Made by a program: the position numbers and the translations under genes
Source of the DNA: Rhizobium sp. Q54
Lineage (GTDB): Bacteria; Pseudomonadota; Alphaproteobacteria; Micropepsales; Micropepsaceae
Assembly (NCBI GenBank): GCA_945882615.1
Contig: CAMCWK010000012.1
Span: 6,399 to 70,398 of the forward strand
Direction: 5' to 3'
DNA: 64,000 bases
Notes under the pieces: model-generated
What the model saw: the letters and a program-made list of their open reading frames with translations, nothing else
Told to the model about the DNA's origin: nothing
Database searches by the model: none
In this document: in pieces, positions 1 through 7,893 of the stretch
How the letters are laid out: each line of letters opens with the position of its first letter
Numbering within the stretch: position 1 is the first letter of the stretch

Positions 1-969
1 CGCAAGAAGATCATCGCCCGCGACCGCGCCTATCATGGCGTGACGCTGGCCAGCGCCAGCCTGACCGGGCTGGACGCCTTTCACAAAAGCTTCGACCTGC
101 CCTTCGACTTCACTCTGCGTGCCGAGTGCCCGCACTATTACAAGAATGCGCGGGACGGCGAGAGCGAGGAACAGTATTCGGCACGCCTGGCCGCCGACCT
201 GGAGGCGCTGATCCAGCGCGAAGGCCCGGATACCATCGCCGCCATGTTCGTCGAAGCGGTGATGGGTGCGGGCGGCGCCATGGTGCCGCCAAAGGGCTAT
301 TTCGAAGCCATTACCGCGGTGCTGGACAAGTACGACATCCGCCTCGTGGATGATGAAGTGATCTGCGGCTTCGGCCGCACCGGGCAGGCGTTCGGCTGCC
401 AGACCTTCAACTACCAGCCCGACTCCATGTCCGTCGCCAAGGCCCTGTCTTCGGCCTATGTGCCGATTTCGGCGGTGCTGCTGTCGCCTGAGCTGGTGGA
501 GATCATCGAGGAGGAAGCGACCCGCATCGGCGGGCTGTGGCACGCCTTTACCTATAGCGCCCATCCGGTGGCGGCAGCCGTGGCGCTCAAGACGCTGGAG
601 ATTTATGAGCGCCGCGACACCTTCGGTCATGTGCGCAAGGTGGCGCCGCTGTTTCTGAAGCGGCTGGCGGCGCTTGGCGATCACCCGCTGGTGGGCGAAG
701 CCAACGGCGTCGGCCTGATCGGCGCCATCGAAATGGTTGCCGACAAACAGACCAAGCGCAATTTCGAGGCCGCCAAGCTGGTGGGCGCACGCTGCGGCCA
801 GTTCTGCCAGGACGAAGGCGTGATTGTGCGGCCGCTGATCAATGACCGCATCGCTTTGTGCCCGCCGCTGGTGATCAGCGAAGCGGAGATCAACGAGCTG
901 TTCAACCGCTTTGAGCGCGGGTTGGACAAGACGTTGGACTGGGCGCGCGGCGAAAAATTGCTGGCCTAA
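1..969 (+). CDS. Class III (omega-type) PLP-dependent aminotransferase, 5' end outside window
   Basis: The frame of ORF 40..969 stays open back to base 1 (RKKIIARDRAYHGVT...). DDEVICGFGRTG and SVAKALSSAY (PLP-lysine context) are class III aminotransferase hallmarks. Confidence 0.85.
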   Translation, partial: RKKIIARDRAYHGVTLASASLTGLDAFHKSFDLPFDFTLRAECPHYYKNARDGESEEQYSARLAADLEALIQREGPDTIAAMFVEAVMGAGGAMVPPKGYFEAITAVLDKYDIRLVDDEVICGFGRTGQAFGCQTFNYQPDSMSVAKALSSAYVPISAVLLSPELVEIIEEEATRIGGLWHAFTYSAHPVAAAVALKTLEIYERRDTFGHVRKVAPLFLKRLAALGDHPLVGEANGVGLIGAIEMVADKQTKRNFEAAKLVGARCGQFCQDEGVIVRPLINDRIALCPPLVISEAEINELFNRFERGLDKTLDWARGEKLLA

Positions 970-1178
970 CTGGCCACGCGCATCTGCTGGCGCTCCAGCA
1001 ACGCGGCCGGGCGGGTATAGATCAGCGCCTCGCCGCTCCACACTTCCAGTTTCTTGGCGCTGGGCAGCTTCATGGCATGCGCCAGGATCTTGGCGCGCTG
1101 GTCGTCGTCGCAGGTCGCGGAAAATTTGTAGGTGAGGGCCCCGCCCTCATCGAGATAACAGATTTCATATGCGGGCAT
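966..1178 (-). CDS. Small hypothetical protein (70 aa)
   Basis: ATG at 1178 with GGAGG about 5 nt upstream on the coding strand. Third positions are GC-rich. No recognisable motif. Confidence 0.5.
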   Translation of the reverse strand: MPAYEICYLDEGGALTYKFSATCDDDQRAKILAHAMKLPSAKKLEVWSGEALIYTRPAALLERQQMRVAS

Positions 1179-1392
1179 GAAGGCCTCCGAATGCTTCGAC
1201 TATCGTCCCCGCTTAATCTGCAATTTGCGCGACGCAGGCGCGAAAGTCGAATGACAATCGCGTTACAGCGATCACAATTTGTCTGTGCTCACACCGCATC
1301 GCTGTGACTTTCCTGCGACCACGATGCAGGAGCTTTTTCTTGCCCAAGGCGTTAACGGGGAGCCGGATTTTTCACACTTGAAGGAGTTTTTC

Positions 1393-2028
1393 ATGCCCAC
1401 CCCGTTCAAACTCGCGCCGCTGCCCTGGGATGAAGATGCCCTGGCCCCCACGATTTCGGCCAACACCATCAACTTCCACTACCACAAGCATCACCAGACC
1501 TATGTGGACACGCTCAACAAGCTGGTGGAAGGCACCCCCTTCGCCGACATGAAGCTGGAAGCGATCGTGCAAAAAACCGCCGGTGCGCAGGATGCGAAAG
1601 AAAAGAAAATCTTCAACAACGCCGCCCAGGTGTGGAATCACGATTTCTACTGGCGCAGCCTGACACCGGCCAAGACCGACACCAGCTCCGCGCTGGACAG
1701 CGCCATCACCAGCGCCTTCGGCAGCAAGGATGAACTGATCGCCAAGCTGGCGGAAGCTGGCAAGGAACAGTTCGGCTCCGGCTGGGCCTGGCTGGTCAGC
1801 AAGGGCGGCAAGCTTTCCATCGAGAAGACGCCCAACGCCGAAACTCCGATGGCCAAGGGCGTCAACTGCCTGCTCACCGTGGATGTGTGGGAACATGCTT
1901 ATTACTTGGACTACCAGAATGCGCGGCCCAAATATCTCGAAGCCGTGCTGGGCAAGATCATCAACTGGAGCTTCGCGGCCGAGAACTTGACCAAGGAAGA
2001 CCAGGCGGTTCGCGCGGCGGCTGAGTAG
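1393..2028 (+). CDS. sodB: Fe/Mn superoxide dismutase
   Basis: ATG 1393 preceded by AAGGAG (1381-1386). PFKLAPLPW, NFHYHKHHQTYV and DVWEHAYYLDYQN are Fe/Mn-SOD signatures. The upstream part of ORF 1279.. is treated as non-coding. Confidence 0.95.
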   Translation: MPTPFKLAPLPWDEDALAPTISANTINFHYHKHHQTYVDTLNKLVEGTPFADMKLEAIVQKTAGAQDAKEKKIFNNAAQVWNHDFYWRSLTPAKTDTSSALDSAITSAFGSKDELIAKLAEAGKEQFGSGWAWLVSKGGKLSIEKTPNAETPMAKGVNCLLTVDVWEHAYYLDYQNARPKYLEAVLGKIINWSFAAENLTKEDQAVRAAAE

Positions 2029-2060
2029 CCGCCGCACCCTCCGCGCGCGCGGCTGAGTAG
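2011..2060 (+). repeat. Duplication of the stop-proximal end of sodB (GCGGCTGAGTAG twice)
   Basis: Exact 12-mer GCGGCTGAGTAG at 2017-2028 (the real sodB end) and again at 2049-2060. The flanking CGCGCG context is similar. Confidence 0.6.
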
Positions 2061-2113
2061 TTACCGCGCCATTCACCTTTCCATTTTACCTCACCGCAAG
2101 ATTGCAGCCCTAT

Positions 2114-2220
2114 CCTCACCGCCTTAACGGGCGGGTGAGGAGCGGCGGGCCGAAGGCCCGCGAAACGGTCCAGTGGATCGTTTCGAGCGACGAACGCCGC
2201 GAGTTTGGGCGAGCGGCGGG
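2114..2220 (+). repeat. Intergenic structured repeat, GGTCCAGTGGA-hairpin family
   Basis: CGAAACGGTCCAGTGGATCGTTTCGAGCGACGAACGCCGCGAGTTTGGGCGAGCGGCGGG aligns closely with 13741-13797 and, in reverse complement, with 11281-11330. It is preceded by hairpin CCTCACCGCC..GGCGGGTGAGG. Confidence 0.7.
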
Positions 2221-2225
2221 CACAG

Positions 2226-3416
2226 ATGACGAGGTCAGCAAGTTTTGGCAAGCGCGCCATAGCGTCACCGGCTGTGCCGGCGCGCGCCGTCGCCGCGCCC
2301 GTGGCCGTCGCGCCAGGGATTGATCCGCCGGCCGGCATCTGGCGCACCGTCTCGCGCCTGCCCTACTTCACCGTCACGCTCAGCCTTCTTCTAGTCTATC
2401 GCTTCAAGGCCGAGCTGGCGGCGGCGACGGACTGGACCGGGCCCAATGCCCCGGGCCATTTCACCCTGCTGGCGCTGGGCGCCTCGGGACGGGATCAGAT
2501 TCTGCTGACCGGCGAATGGTGGCGGCTGTTCACCGCCTCCGCCTTGCACGGTTCGCTGTCACATCTGGTCGGCAATCTGGTCACCTTCGCCATTGTCGGC
2601 ATCCTGCTGGAGCCGATGATCGGCATCGGATGGTTCGCCGCGATCTATTTCACCGGCGGCTTTGCCGGCGTGATGCTGTCCCTGCTGCTCAATCCCGGCG
2701 ATGTGCTGTCGGTGGGCGCGTCAGGCGCGATTATGGCCACGCTGGGAGCGCTGTTCACCCTGAGCTTCCATGCCGGGGCGCCGCGCCCCAACCTGATGCG
2801 CCGCGTGGCCGCGGGCGCGCTGTTTCCCGCCATGATCCCGGCCGTCACCAGCAGCGGCGCGGCGCTGGACGTCAATGCCCATCTGGGTGGCTGCCTGGCG
2901 GGCGCGGCATTGGCCTTCATTCTCCTGATCTTCTGGCAGGAGGAAGACGAACATCCGCCGGGCCGCAGCCTGGCCGCGATCATCGCGGGACTGTGGGTGG
3001 CGCTGACGGTCTGGGCTTTTTGGGCGTCCACCCACACTTACGTGCGCTATGCCAAGGATGGCTTCAACTATATCCCGCCCAGCGAGATGCCGCGCGATGC
3101 CCTGTCGGGCAGTTATGCGCTGGTCGAGAAATATCCAAGCGACCCGCGCGCCCATCTCTATCGCGGTCTGTACTTCCTGCAGCAGTACAATCTGGCCAAC
3201 GCCGAGCCTTACTTCCGCAAGGCAATAAAGCTGGGCGAAACCAGCCCGGTGATGACAGAGGATTTCAGGAACTGGTCGGTGGCGCTGCTGGCGGCCTCGG
3301 TGCGATTCCAGCGCCGCATGGATGAAGCGAAGATTCTCGCCACGCCGCTCTGCAAGCGCACCGACCTGGACGGGCGAACCAGCCAGACCCTCAAGCTCGC
3401 GCAACTCTGTAGCTGA
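2226..3416 (+). CDS. Rhomboid-family intramembrane serine protease with C-terminal TPR-like region
   Basis: Multi-TM protein with ALHGSLSHLVGN and GASGAIMATLGA (rhomboid H and GxSG motifs). The start could be 2205 or 2226. Confidence 0.8.
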   Translation: MTRSASFGKRAIASPAVPARAVAAPVAVAPGIDPPAGIWRTVSRLPYFTVTLSLLLVYRFKAELAAATDWTGPNAPGHFTLLALGASGRDQILLTGEWWRLFTASALHGSLSHLVGNLVTFAIVGILLEPMIGIGWFAAIYFTGGFAGVMLSLLLNPGDVLSVGASGAIMATLGALFTLSFHAGAPRPNLMRRVAAGALFPAMIPAVTSSGAALDVNAHLGGCLAGAALAFILLIFWQEEDEHPPGRSLAAIIAGLWVALTVWAFWASTHTYVRYAKDGFNYIPPSEMPRDALSGSYALVEKYPSDPRAHLYRGLYFLQQYNLANAEPYFRKAIKLGETSPVMTEDFRNWSVALLAASVRFQRRMDEAKILATPLCKRTDLDGRTSQTLKLAQLCS

Positions 3417-3432
3417 CGCCAACACCGCTCCG

Positions 3433-3520
3433 CCTCCCCTGCGCGCGCGTAAGCGCGCTGCGGGGGAGGTGGTTTCAGCGTTCGAGGCGAAGCCGAGAGA
3501 AAGCTGAAACCGGAGGGGGT
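3433..3520 (-). repeat. 88-bp double-hairpin element, copy 1 (reverse orientation)
   Basis: Its reverse complement begins ACCCCTCCGGTTTCAGC...GCTGAAACCACCTCCCC...GGGGAGG, matching element 4495-4580 at both ends and both stems. It lies 5 nt after the stop of the minus-strand gene 3525-3863. Confidence 0.75.
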
Positions 3521-3524
3521 TGAA

Positions 3525-3863
3525 TCAAAACCTTGGCTGGCCCGGAAGAGGATCGCGCACCGGGCCGCCATAGGGCGTCGTGCCCGGCAGCGCCCCGCCG
3601 GTATAACCAGTGCTGCGGCAGGCGCTGTTTCCCATGCCCCAGCCGGCGCGATAGGCCTTGTTGGTGCGCCAGGCGTCGTCATCGCGCACCACATCGCTGG
3701 CGCGGCTTTTGTCGGCGCCGGGGCCCTGGGCGCTGTTGCAGCCATCCTGATAGCCGGCGCGATAGTCGGGCGTCTTGCGCAGGGCCCGCGTCTCCTTGCT
3801 CATGAAAAGACCGCAGGCCGACAAAGGCAGCAGCAGGAAAAGGGCGATCCAGGGGGCGCGCAA
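3525..3863 (-). CDS. Small lipoprotein (112 aa)
   Basis: TTG start with GGAAG upstream. N-terminus MRAPWIALFLLLPLSAC has a signal peptide plus lipobox. Internal YRAG(Y/W)..G(C/N)(N/S) duplication. Confidence 0.7.
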   Translation of the reverse strand: MRAPWIALFLLLPLSACGLFMSKETRALRKTPDYRAGYQDGCNSAQGPGADKSRASDVVRDDDAWRTNKAYRAGWGMGNSACRSTGYTGGALPGTTPYGGPVRDPLPGQPRF

Positions 3864-3967
3864 AGCAGGCTTCCATCTTGCGTTAACCAGCCCATTTTAC
3901 TCCGGATTAAGGGGAAAAGGTGCATATTCGCCCACAATAATCACGATAATAATGTTGGGGCATCGTC

Positions 3968-4492
3968 ATGGAGCGGTCGGATTTTTCGTCTCACCGGGTA
4001 TTGGTGTTGGGTGGCAAGACCCACACCATCGGTCTGTTGCGCTCGATCCTGGGCATTGCCGGCGTCACCCAGATCATCCATGTCGAGGAAAGCCGCCGCG
4101 CCCTGGAACTGCTCAGCATGGAGCATTTCACCGCCGTGTTCTGCGACCATACGGCCGAAGAGCTGGAGGGGATGAGCTTTCCCGTCGCCACGCGTCGCCG
4201 CGCAGGCATGCTCAACCCCATGATCCCGATTTTCGCGGTGCAGGAACGCGCCCGCCGCCGCGACGTGGAAAAGGCCCGCGATGTTGGCGTCACCGATGTG
4301 CTGACCACGCCCATCAGTCCCAAGACCATCATGACCAAGCTGCAGGCCGCCCTGACCGCGCCGCGGCCCTTCATCGTGGCGAACGAATTCTTCGGCCCCG
4401 ACCGCCGCGCCAAGGCGCGGGCGCCCTACCGCGGCACCGACCGCCGCACCCGCATGGCCAAGAAGGCCAAGGTTGACTTCACGCTTATCTGA
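3968..4492 (+). CDS. CheY-like receiver-fold protein with degenerate phospho-acceptor pocket and Arg-rich C-terminal tail
   Basis: Aligns along its length with the receiver protein at 59079-59591 and shares the tail PRxF(I/V)....(F/Y)FGPDRR. The acidic pair is GG, the Thr position is V/Q and the Lys position is T. Confidence 0.8.
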   Translation: MERSDFSSHRVLVLGGKTHTIGLLRSILGIAGVTQIIHVEESRRALELLSMEHFTAVFCDHTAEELEGMSFPVATRRRAGMLNPMIPIFAVQERARRRDVEKARDVGVTDVLTTPISPKTIMTKLQAALTAPRPFIVANEFFGPDRRAKARAPYRGTDRRTRMAKKAKVDFTLI

Positions 4493-4494
4493 TC

Positions 4495-4580
4495 ACCCCT
4501 CCGGTTTCAGCTTCCGCAAGGCTTGCGCCTTGCACGCTGAAACCACCTCCCGCTTGCCGTGCTTCGCACGAAGGGGGAGG
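4495..4580 (+). repeat. 86-bp double-hairpin element, copy 2
   Basis: ACCCCTCCGGTTTCAGC(n24)GCTGAAACCACCTCCC(n22)GGGGGAGG. It starts 3 nt after the stop of gene 3968-4492 and is inverted relative to 3433-3520. Confidence 0.75.
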
Positions 4581-4651
4581 CGGGTCGGTAATTGCGGAAC
4601 CATTGGAGCTTAACGGCGTTACAGCGCCATAGCCCCCAAAAGGATTCTCCC

Positions 4652-5278
4652 ATGTTCAAATCATTCGCCAAGCTGGCTTCTGTCGCCGCACTTGCGGCGG
4701 TCTGCTTCGTGCTTCCCGCCCAGGCGGCCGACAAGGCCCAGCTTCTGCGTGACGCCAGCCGCACCGTCGACCATCTGCGTAGCGATCCGGCCTTCGGCGC
4801 CGCCCGCAACATGCTGCGCGACGCCCGTGCGGTGTACATCGTGCCCAAGCTGATCAAGGGCGGCTTCATCTTCGGCGCCGAAGGCGGCTCCGGAGTGCTG
4901 CTGCATCGCACGGCAAACGGCTGGAGCACGCCGCGCTTTTACGACATGGGCTCGGCCAGCTTCGGCTTTCAAATCGGGTTGGAACAGGCCGAGCTGGTCT
5001 TCATCATCAACAGCGAGCGCGCCCTCAAGGGCATCGAAGGCGGAAACTTCAAGATCGGCGCCGGCGCCGGGATCACGGTCGTCACCCTGTCGAGCGGCGC
5101 GGAGGGCGCCACCACCCTGCGCGGCGGCGATATCGTGGTCTGGACTTCGGCCACCGGCGCCTATGGCGGCCTGACCCTGAACGGCACGGTCATCAAGGGC
5201 GATGACGAGATGAACGCGACACCCTCGACCGGGCCGCTGGCGACCGCCCTGCGGCGGAACCTCGCTCGCACCTGGTAG
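4652..5278 (+). CDS. Secreted SYLF/Ysc84-like (DUF500) domain protein
   Basis: ATG 4652 with AAGGA upstream. Signal peptide MFKSFAKLASVAALAAVCFVLPAQA. GGFIFGAEGGSGVLL, FGFQIGLEQAELVFII and GAYGGLTLNG are typical of this family. Confidence 0.8.
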   Translation: MFKSFAKLASVAALAAVCFVLPAQAADKAQLLRDASRTVDHLRSDPAFGAARNMLRDARAVYIVPKLIKGGFIFGAEGGSGVLLHRTANGWSTPRFYDMGSASFGFQIGLEQAELVFIINSERALKGIEGGNFKIGAGAGITVVTLSSGAEGATTLRGGDIVVWTSATGAYGGLTLNGTVIKGDDEMNATPSTGPLATALRRNLARTW

Positions 5279-5293
5279 GTGCGAGCTTGATTG

Positions 5294-5342
5294 AAGGGGC
5301 GCATCCGCGCCCGGGGTTTAAGGGGCGCATCCGCGCCCGGGC
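5294..5342. repeat. Tandem pair of 23-nt hairpin units (26-nt period)
   Basis: AAGGGGCGCATCCGCGCCCGGGG ttt AAGGGGCGCATCCGCGCCCGGGC. Each unit folds as GGGCGC-atcc-GCGCCC. Confidence 0.8.
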
Positions 5343-5417
5343 CGCACCTGGTAATGCTGGCTTTTATGCCGGGGCGCCCGTTCCGGCATCTGGTAAGCAT
5401 CGAAAATAAGAGTAAAG

Positions 5418-5456
5418 TTCGGGGCGTCCGGATTGCCGGGCGCCCCGAATTCTTTT
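5418..5456 (+). terminator. Putative intrinsic terminator
   Basis: TTCGGGGCGTCCGG-attg-CCGGGCGCCCCGAA followed by TTCTTTT. Confidence 0.55.
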
Positions 5457-5476
5457 GCTCCATAGAGGAACCCCCC

Positions 5477-5845
5477 ATGAAAAAGCTCCTTTTTCTTGCC
5501 GCCGCCACAGGTCTGTTCGCCACCCCGGCGCTGGCTGACCCCGCCGCCCAGATCAACATCGCCAAGAACCATGCCGGCATGGCCGCCAAAGCCGCCGAGC
5601 TGAAGATGGTGCAGATGCATCATCATCATGCCGTGAACTGCCTGGTCGGCCCGGCGGGCGCCGGCTTTGACGCCGCCGCCGGCAATCCCTGCGGCAAGGC
5701 GGGCACCGGCGCGATCCCGGAAACCACCGATGCCGCCCAGAAGACCAAGCTGCAGGGCGTCGCGGACGCCGCCGCCGCCGGCCTGGCGTCCACCGACCTG
5801 GCCACGGCGCAAAAGGCCGCGCAGGCCACCGCCGACGCGCTGTAA
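5477..5845 (+). CDS. Secreted hypothetical protein with HHHH tract (122 aa)
   Basis: ATG 5477 with GAGGAA upstream. Signal peptide MKKLLFLAAATGLFATPALA. Ala-rich mature part with MVQMHHHHAVNC and a second Cys. Confidence 0.65.
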   Translation: MKKLLFLAAATGLFATPALADPAAQINIAKNHAGMAAKAAELKMVQMHHHHAVNCLVGPAGAGFDAAAGNPCGKAGTGAIPETTDAAQKTKLQGVADAAAAGLASTDLATAQKAAQATADAL

Positions 5846-5854
5846 CCGTTTCCG

Positions 5855-5886
5855 CTTTGAATGCAAAAAAGGCGCCCTCGCGGGCG
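5855..5886. terminator. Bidirectional intrinsic terminator
   Basis: AAAAAA-GGCGCCC-tcg-CGGGCGCC-TTTTTT between convergent genes ending at 5845 and 5912. Confidence 0.8.
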
Positions 5887-5911
5887 CCTTTTTTATTCCC
5901 GCATAACGGAC

Positions 5912-6460
5912 TTAGTGGCCGCTCGGTTTTTCGGCGCGGTTGCCGATGTAATCCATCATCGCGAACATCAGTCCCGAGCCGACAAAGGTCAGATGCAGGA
6001 TCAGCATCCAGAGCATCTTGCGTTCGTCCAGCGGCGCGTCCGAATCCGTCAGGGTCATGAAGGCGCGCAGCAGAGAAATGGCCGAGATCGCCACGATGGA
6101 GCCGATCAGCTTCATCTTCAGGCCGGAGAAATCCAGCGTGCCCATCCAGCTGGGACGGTCCTCGGCATTCTCGGTGTTGATCTTGGAAACGAAATTCTCG
6201 TAGCCGGAGAAGACCACGATCACCACCAGATTGCCCGCCAGCGACAGGTCGATCAGCGACAGCACCGCCAGGATTACCTCTTCGGGGTCCATGTTCGTCA
6301 GGTCCAGAAGCTGGGGCATGACATGGATCAGTTCGGCGATGAAGGCGCCCAGCAGCAGCACCAGCGACAGCACCAGCCCGAGATAAAAGGGCGCCAGCAG
6401 CCAGCGCGACTTGAAGAGGATCGCCTCCAGCACTTTTTCGACGGCGTTGCGCTGATGCAT
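5912..6460 (-). CDS. UPF0114/YqhA-family inner-membrane protein
   Basis: EKVLEAILFKSRWLLAPFYLGLVLSL... and the overall TM layout are typical of YqhA/TIGR00645 proteins. Confidence 0.8.
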   Translation of the reverse strand: MHQRNAVEKVLEAILFKSRWLLAPFYLGLVLSLVLLLGAFIAELIHVMPQLLDLTNMDPEEVILAVLSLIDLSLAGNLVVIVVFSGYENFVSKINTENAEDRPSWMGTLDFSGLKMKLIGSIVAISAISLLRAFMTLTDSDAPLDERKMLWMLILHLTFVGSGLMFAMMDYIGNRAEKPSGH

Positions 6461-6569
6461 TCAGGTCTCCGGCTTTTCAAAAAGCGCCATAATTAAGGCG
6501 AATCCCGCCCGGCGGCGCGAAGTTTCGCAAGGCCCACCCGCTTTCGCAAGCGCCGCGTCAAGGCTAGCA

Positions 6570-7874
6570 TTGGCCCATAGCAACAACATGGCGGGCGAGA
6601 TGCTGGACCGGATTCTGGCATTGGTGGTGGAAGTCAAGGCAGGCGAGCGCCGCGCGCTGCTCTGGTCCTTTGCCTATTTCTTCCTGATCCTCAGCACCTA
6701 TTACGTCTTGCGCCCCTTGCGCGACAATTCCGGCATCACCGGCGGCACCCGCGCCTTGCCCTGGCTGGTCACCGCCACCTTTTTTGTGATGCTGGTCGCC
6801 GCCCCGCTTTATGGCTGGCTGGTGGCGCGGCTGCCGCGCCGCCGCCTGATCGCGCTGGTCTATCACTTCTTCGCATCCAACATCCTGATCTTCTGGGTGC
6901 TGCTGACGCTGGGCATCGGCCAGACCATCGTGCCGCAGGTCTTCTTTGTCTGGCTGACGGTGTTCTCGATTTTCGCGGTGCCGGTGTTCTGGTCGTATCT
7001 CGCGGACCTTTACCGCAGCGACCAGGGCAAGCGGCTGTATGGCTTCATCGCCGCCGGCGGATCGCTGGGCGCGCTGGCCGGCCCCACCGTGACGCGGCTG
7101 CTGGTCGAGCCGATGGGGCCGGTGAACCTGCTCCTGGTGCCGGTTGTGCTGATCGAACTGGCGGTGATCTGCGCCATGCGGCTGGGACCGGCCGCCGACG
7201 GCTTCAACCACACACCGGAGAATCCCAAGGCGATCGGCGGCAGCGCCTTTGAGGGTTTTTCCGCCATCCTGAAATCGTCCTATCTGGGCGGCATCGCCAT
7301 GTGGGTGGTGCTGCTCTCGCTGGGCAACACGATGCTCTACATGTCCCAGGCCGAGCTGGTGAGCGCCGCCACCCAGGATGCGGTGGGGCGCACCCGCTAT
7401 TTCGCCACCGTCGAGCAATGGACCGGCTTCCTGCAAATTTTGCTGCAACTGGCGGTCACCGGACGGCTGATCAAGTATTTCGGCACCGGCATGGCCGCCG
7501 CCTTCCTGCCGGTGATTTTCGCGCTGGGCTATGGCGCCATGTTCCTGGCGCCGGTGCTGGGGATCGTGATGGCCTTCCAGGTCGCCCAGCGCACCGCCAA
7601 TTTCGCCATTTCCAATCCGGCGCGCGAAATCCTCTTCACCACCGCCGACCGCGAGGACAAGTACAAGGCCAAGAATGTGATCGACGGCGTGACCTTCCGC
7701 GGCGCCGACGTGCTGTGGGCCTGGGTGTTCAACTTCTTCTCCAAGACCATGATGATGACCATTCCGGCCATCGCGGCGCTCACCATTCCCTTCATGCTGG
7801 GCTGGGCGGGCCTCAGCCTGCTGCTGGGCCGGATGCAGGAAAAACGCGCTGTTATCCAAACTCTCAAATCCTGA
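6570..7874 (+). CDS. MFS-type transporter (TLC/nucleotide-exchanger-like N-terminus)
   Basis: About 12 predicted TM segments. N-terminal LWSFAYFFLILSTYYVLRPLRD resembles the ATP:ADP antiporter-like MFS group. Substrate unknown. Confidence 0.7.
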   Translation: MAHSNNMAGEMLDRILALVVEVKAGERRALLWSFAYFFLILSTYYVLRPLRDNSGITGGTRALPWLVTATFFVMLVAAPLYGWLVARLPRRRLIALVYHFFASNILIFWVLLTLGIGQTIVPQVFFVWLTVFSIFAVPVFWSYLADLYRSDQGKRLYGFIAAGGSLGALAGPTVTRLLVEPMGPVNLLLVPVVLIELAVICAMRLGPAADGFNHTPENPKAIGGSAFEGFSAILKSSYLGGIAMWVVLLSLGNTMLYMSQAELVSAATQDAVGRTRYFATVEQWTGFLQILLQLAVTGRLIKYFGTGMAAAFLPVIFALGYGAMFLAPVLGIVMAFQVAQRTANFAISNPAREILFTTADREDKYKAKNVIDGVTFRGADVLWAWVFNFFSKTMMMTIPAIAALTIPFMLGWAGLSLLLGRMQEKRAVIQTLKS

Positions 7875-7893
7875 ACCCAAAGGAGACATCCCC

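Noticed and set aside
3433-4580. Composite transposon bounded by the two inverted 86-88-bp elements
   Set aside because: There is no transposase or recombinase inside or adjacent, and I saw no target-site duplication outside the elements. Their strict position 3-5 nt after stop codons fits 3'-end structural elements better. The observation is kept as a finding, but the transposon interpretation is not adopted.
5294-5342. Possible CRISPR-like or other regularly spaced repeat arrays (also 16764-16825)
   Set aside because: Each has only two adjacent copies, with no unique spacers of uniform length and no cas genes. These are tandem palindromic intergenic units.
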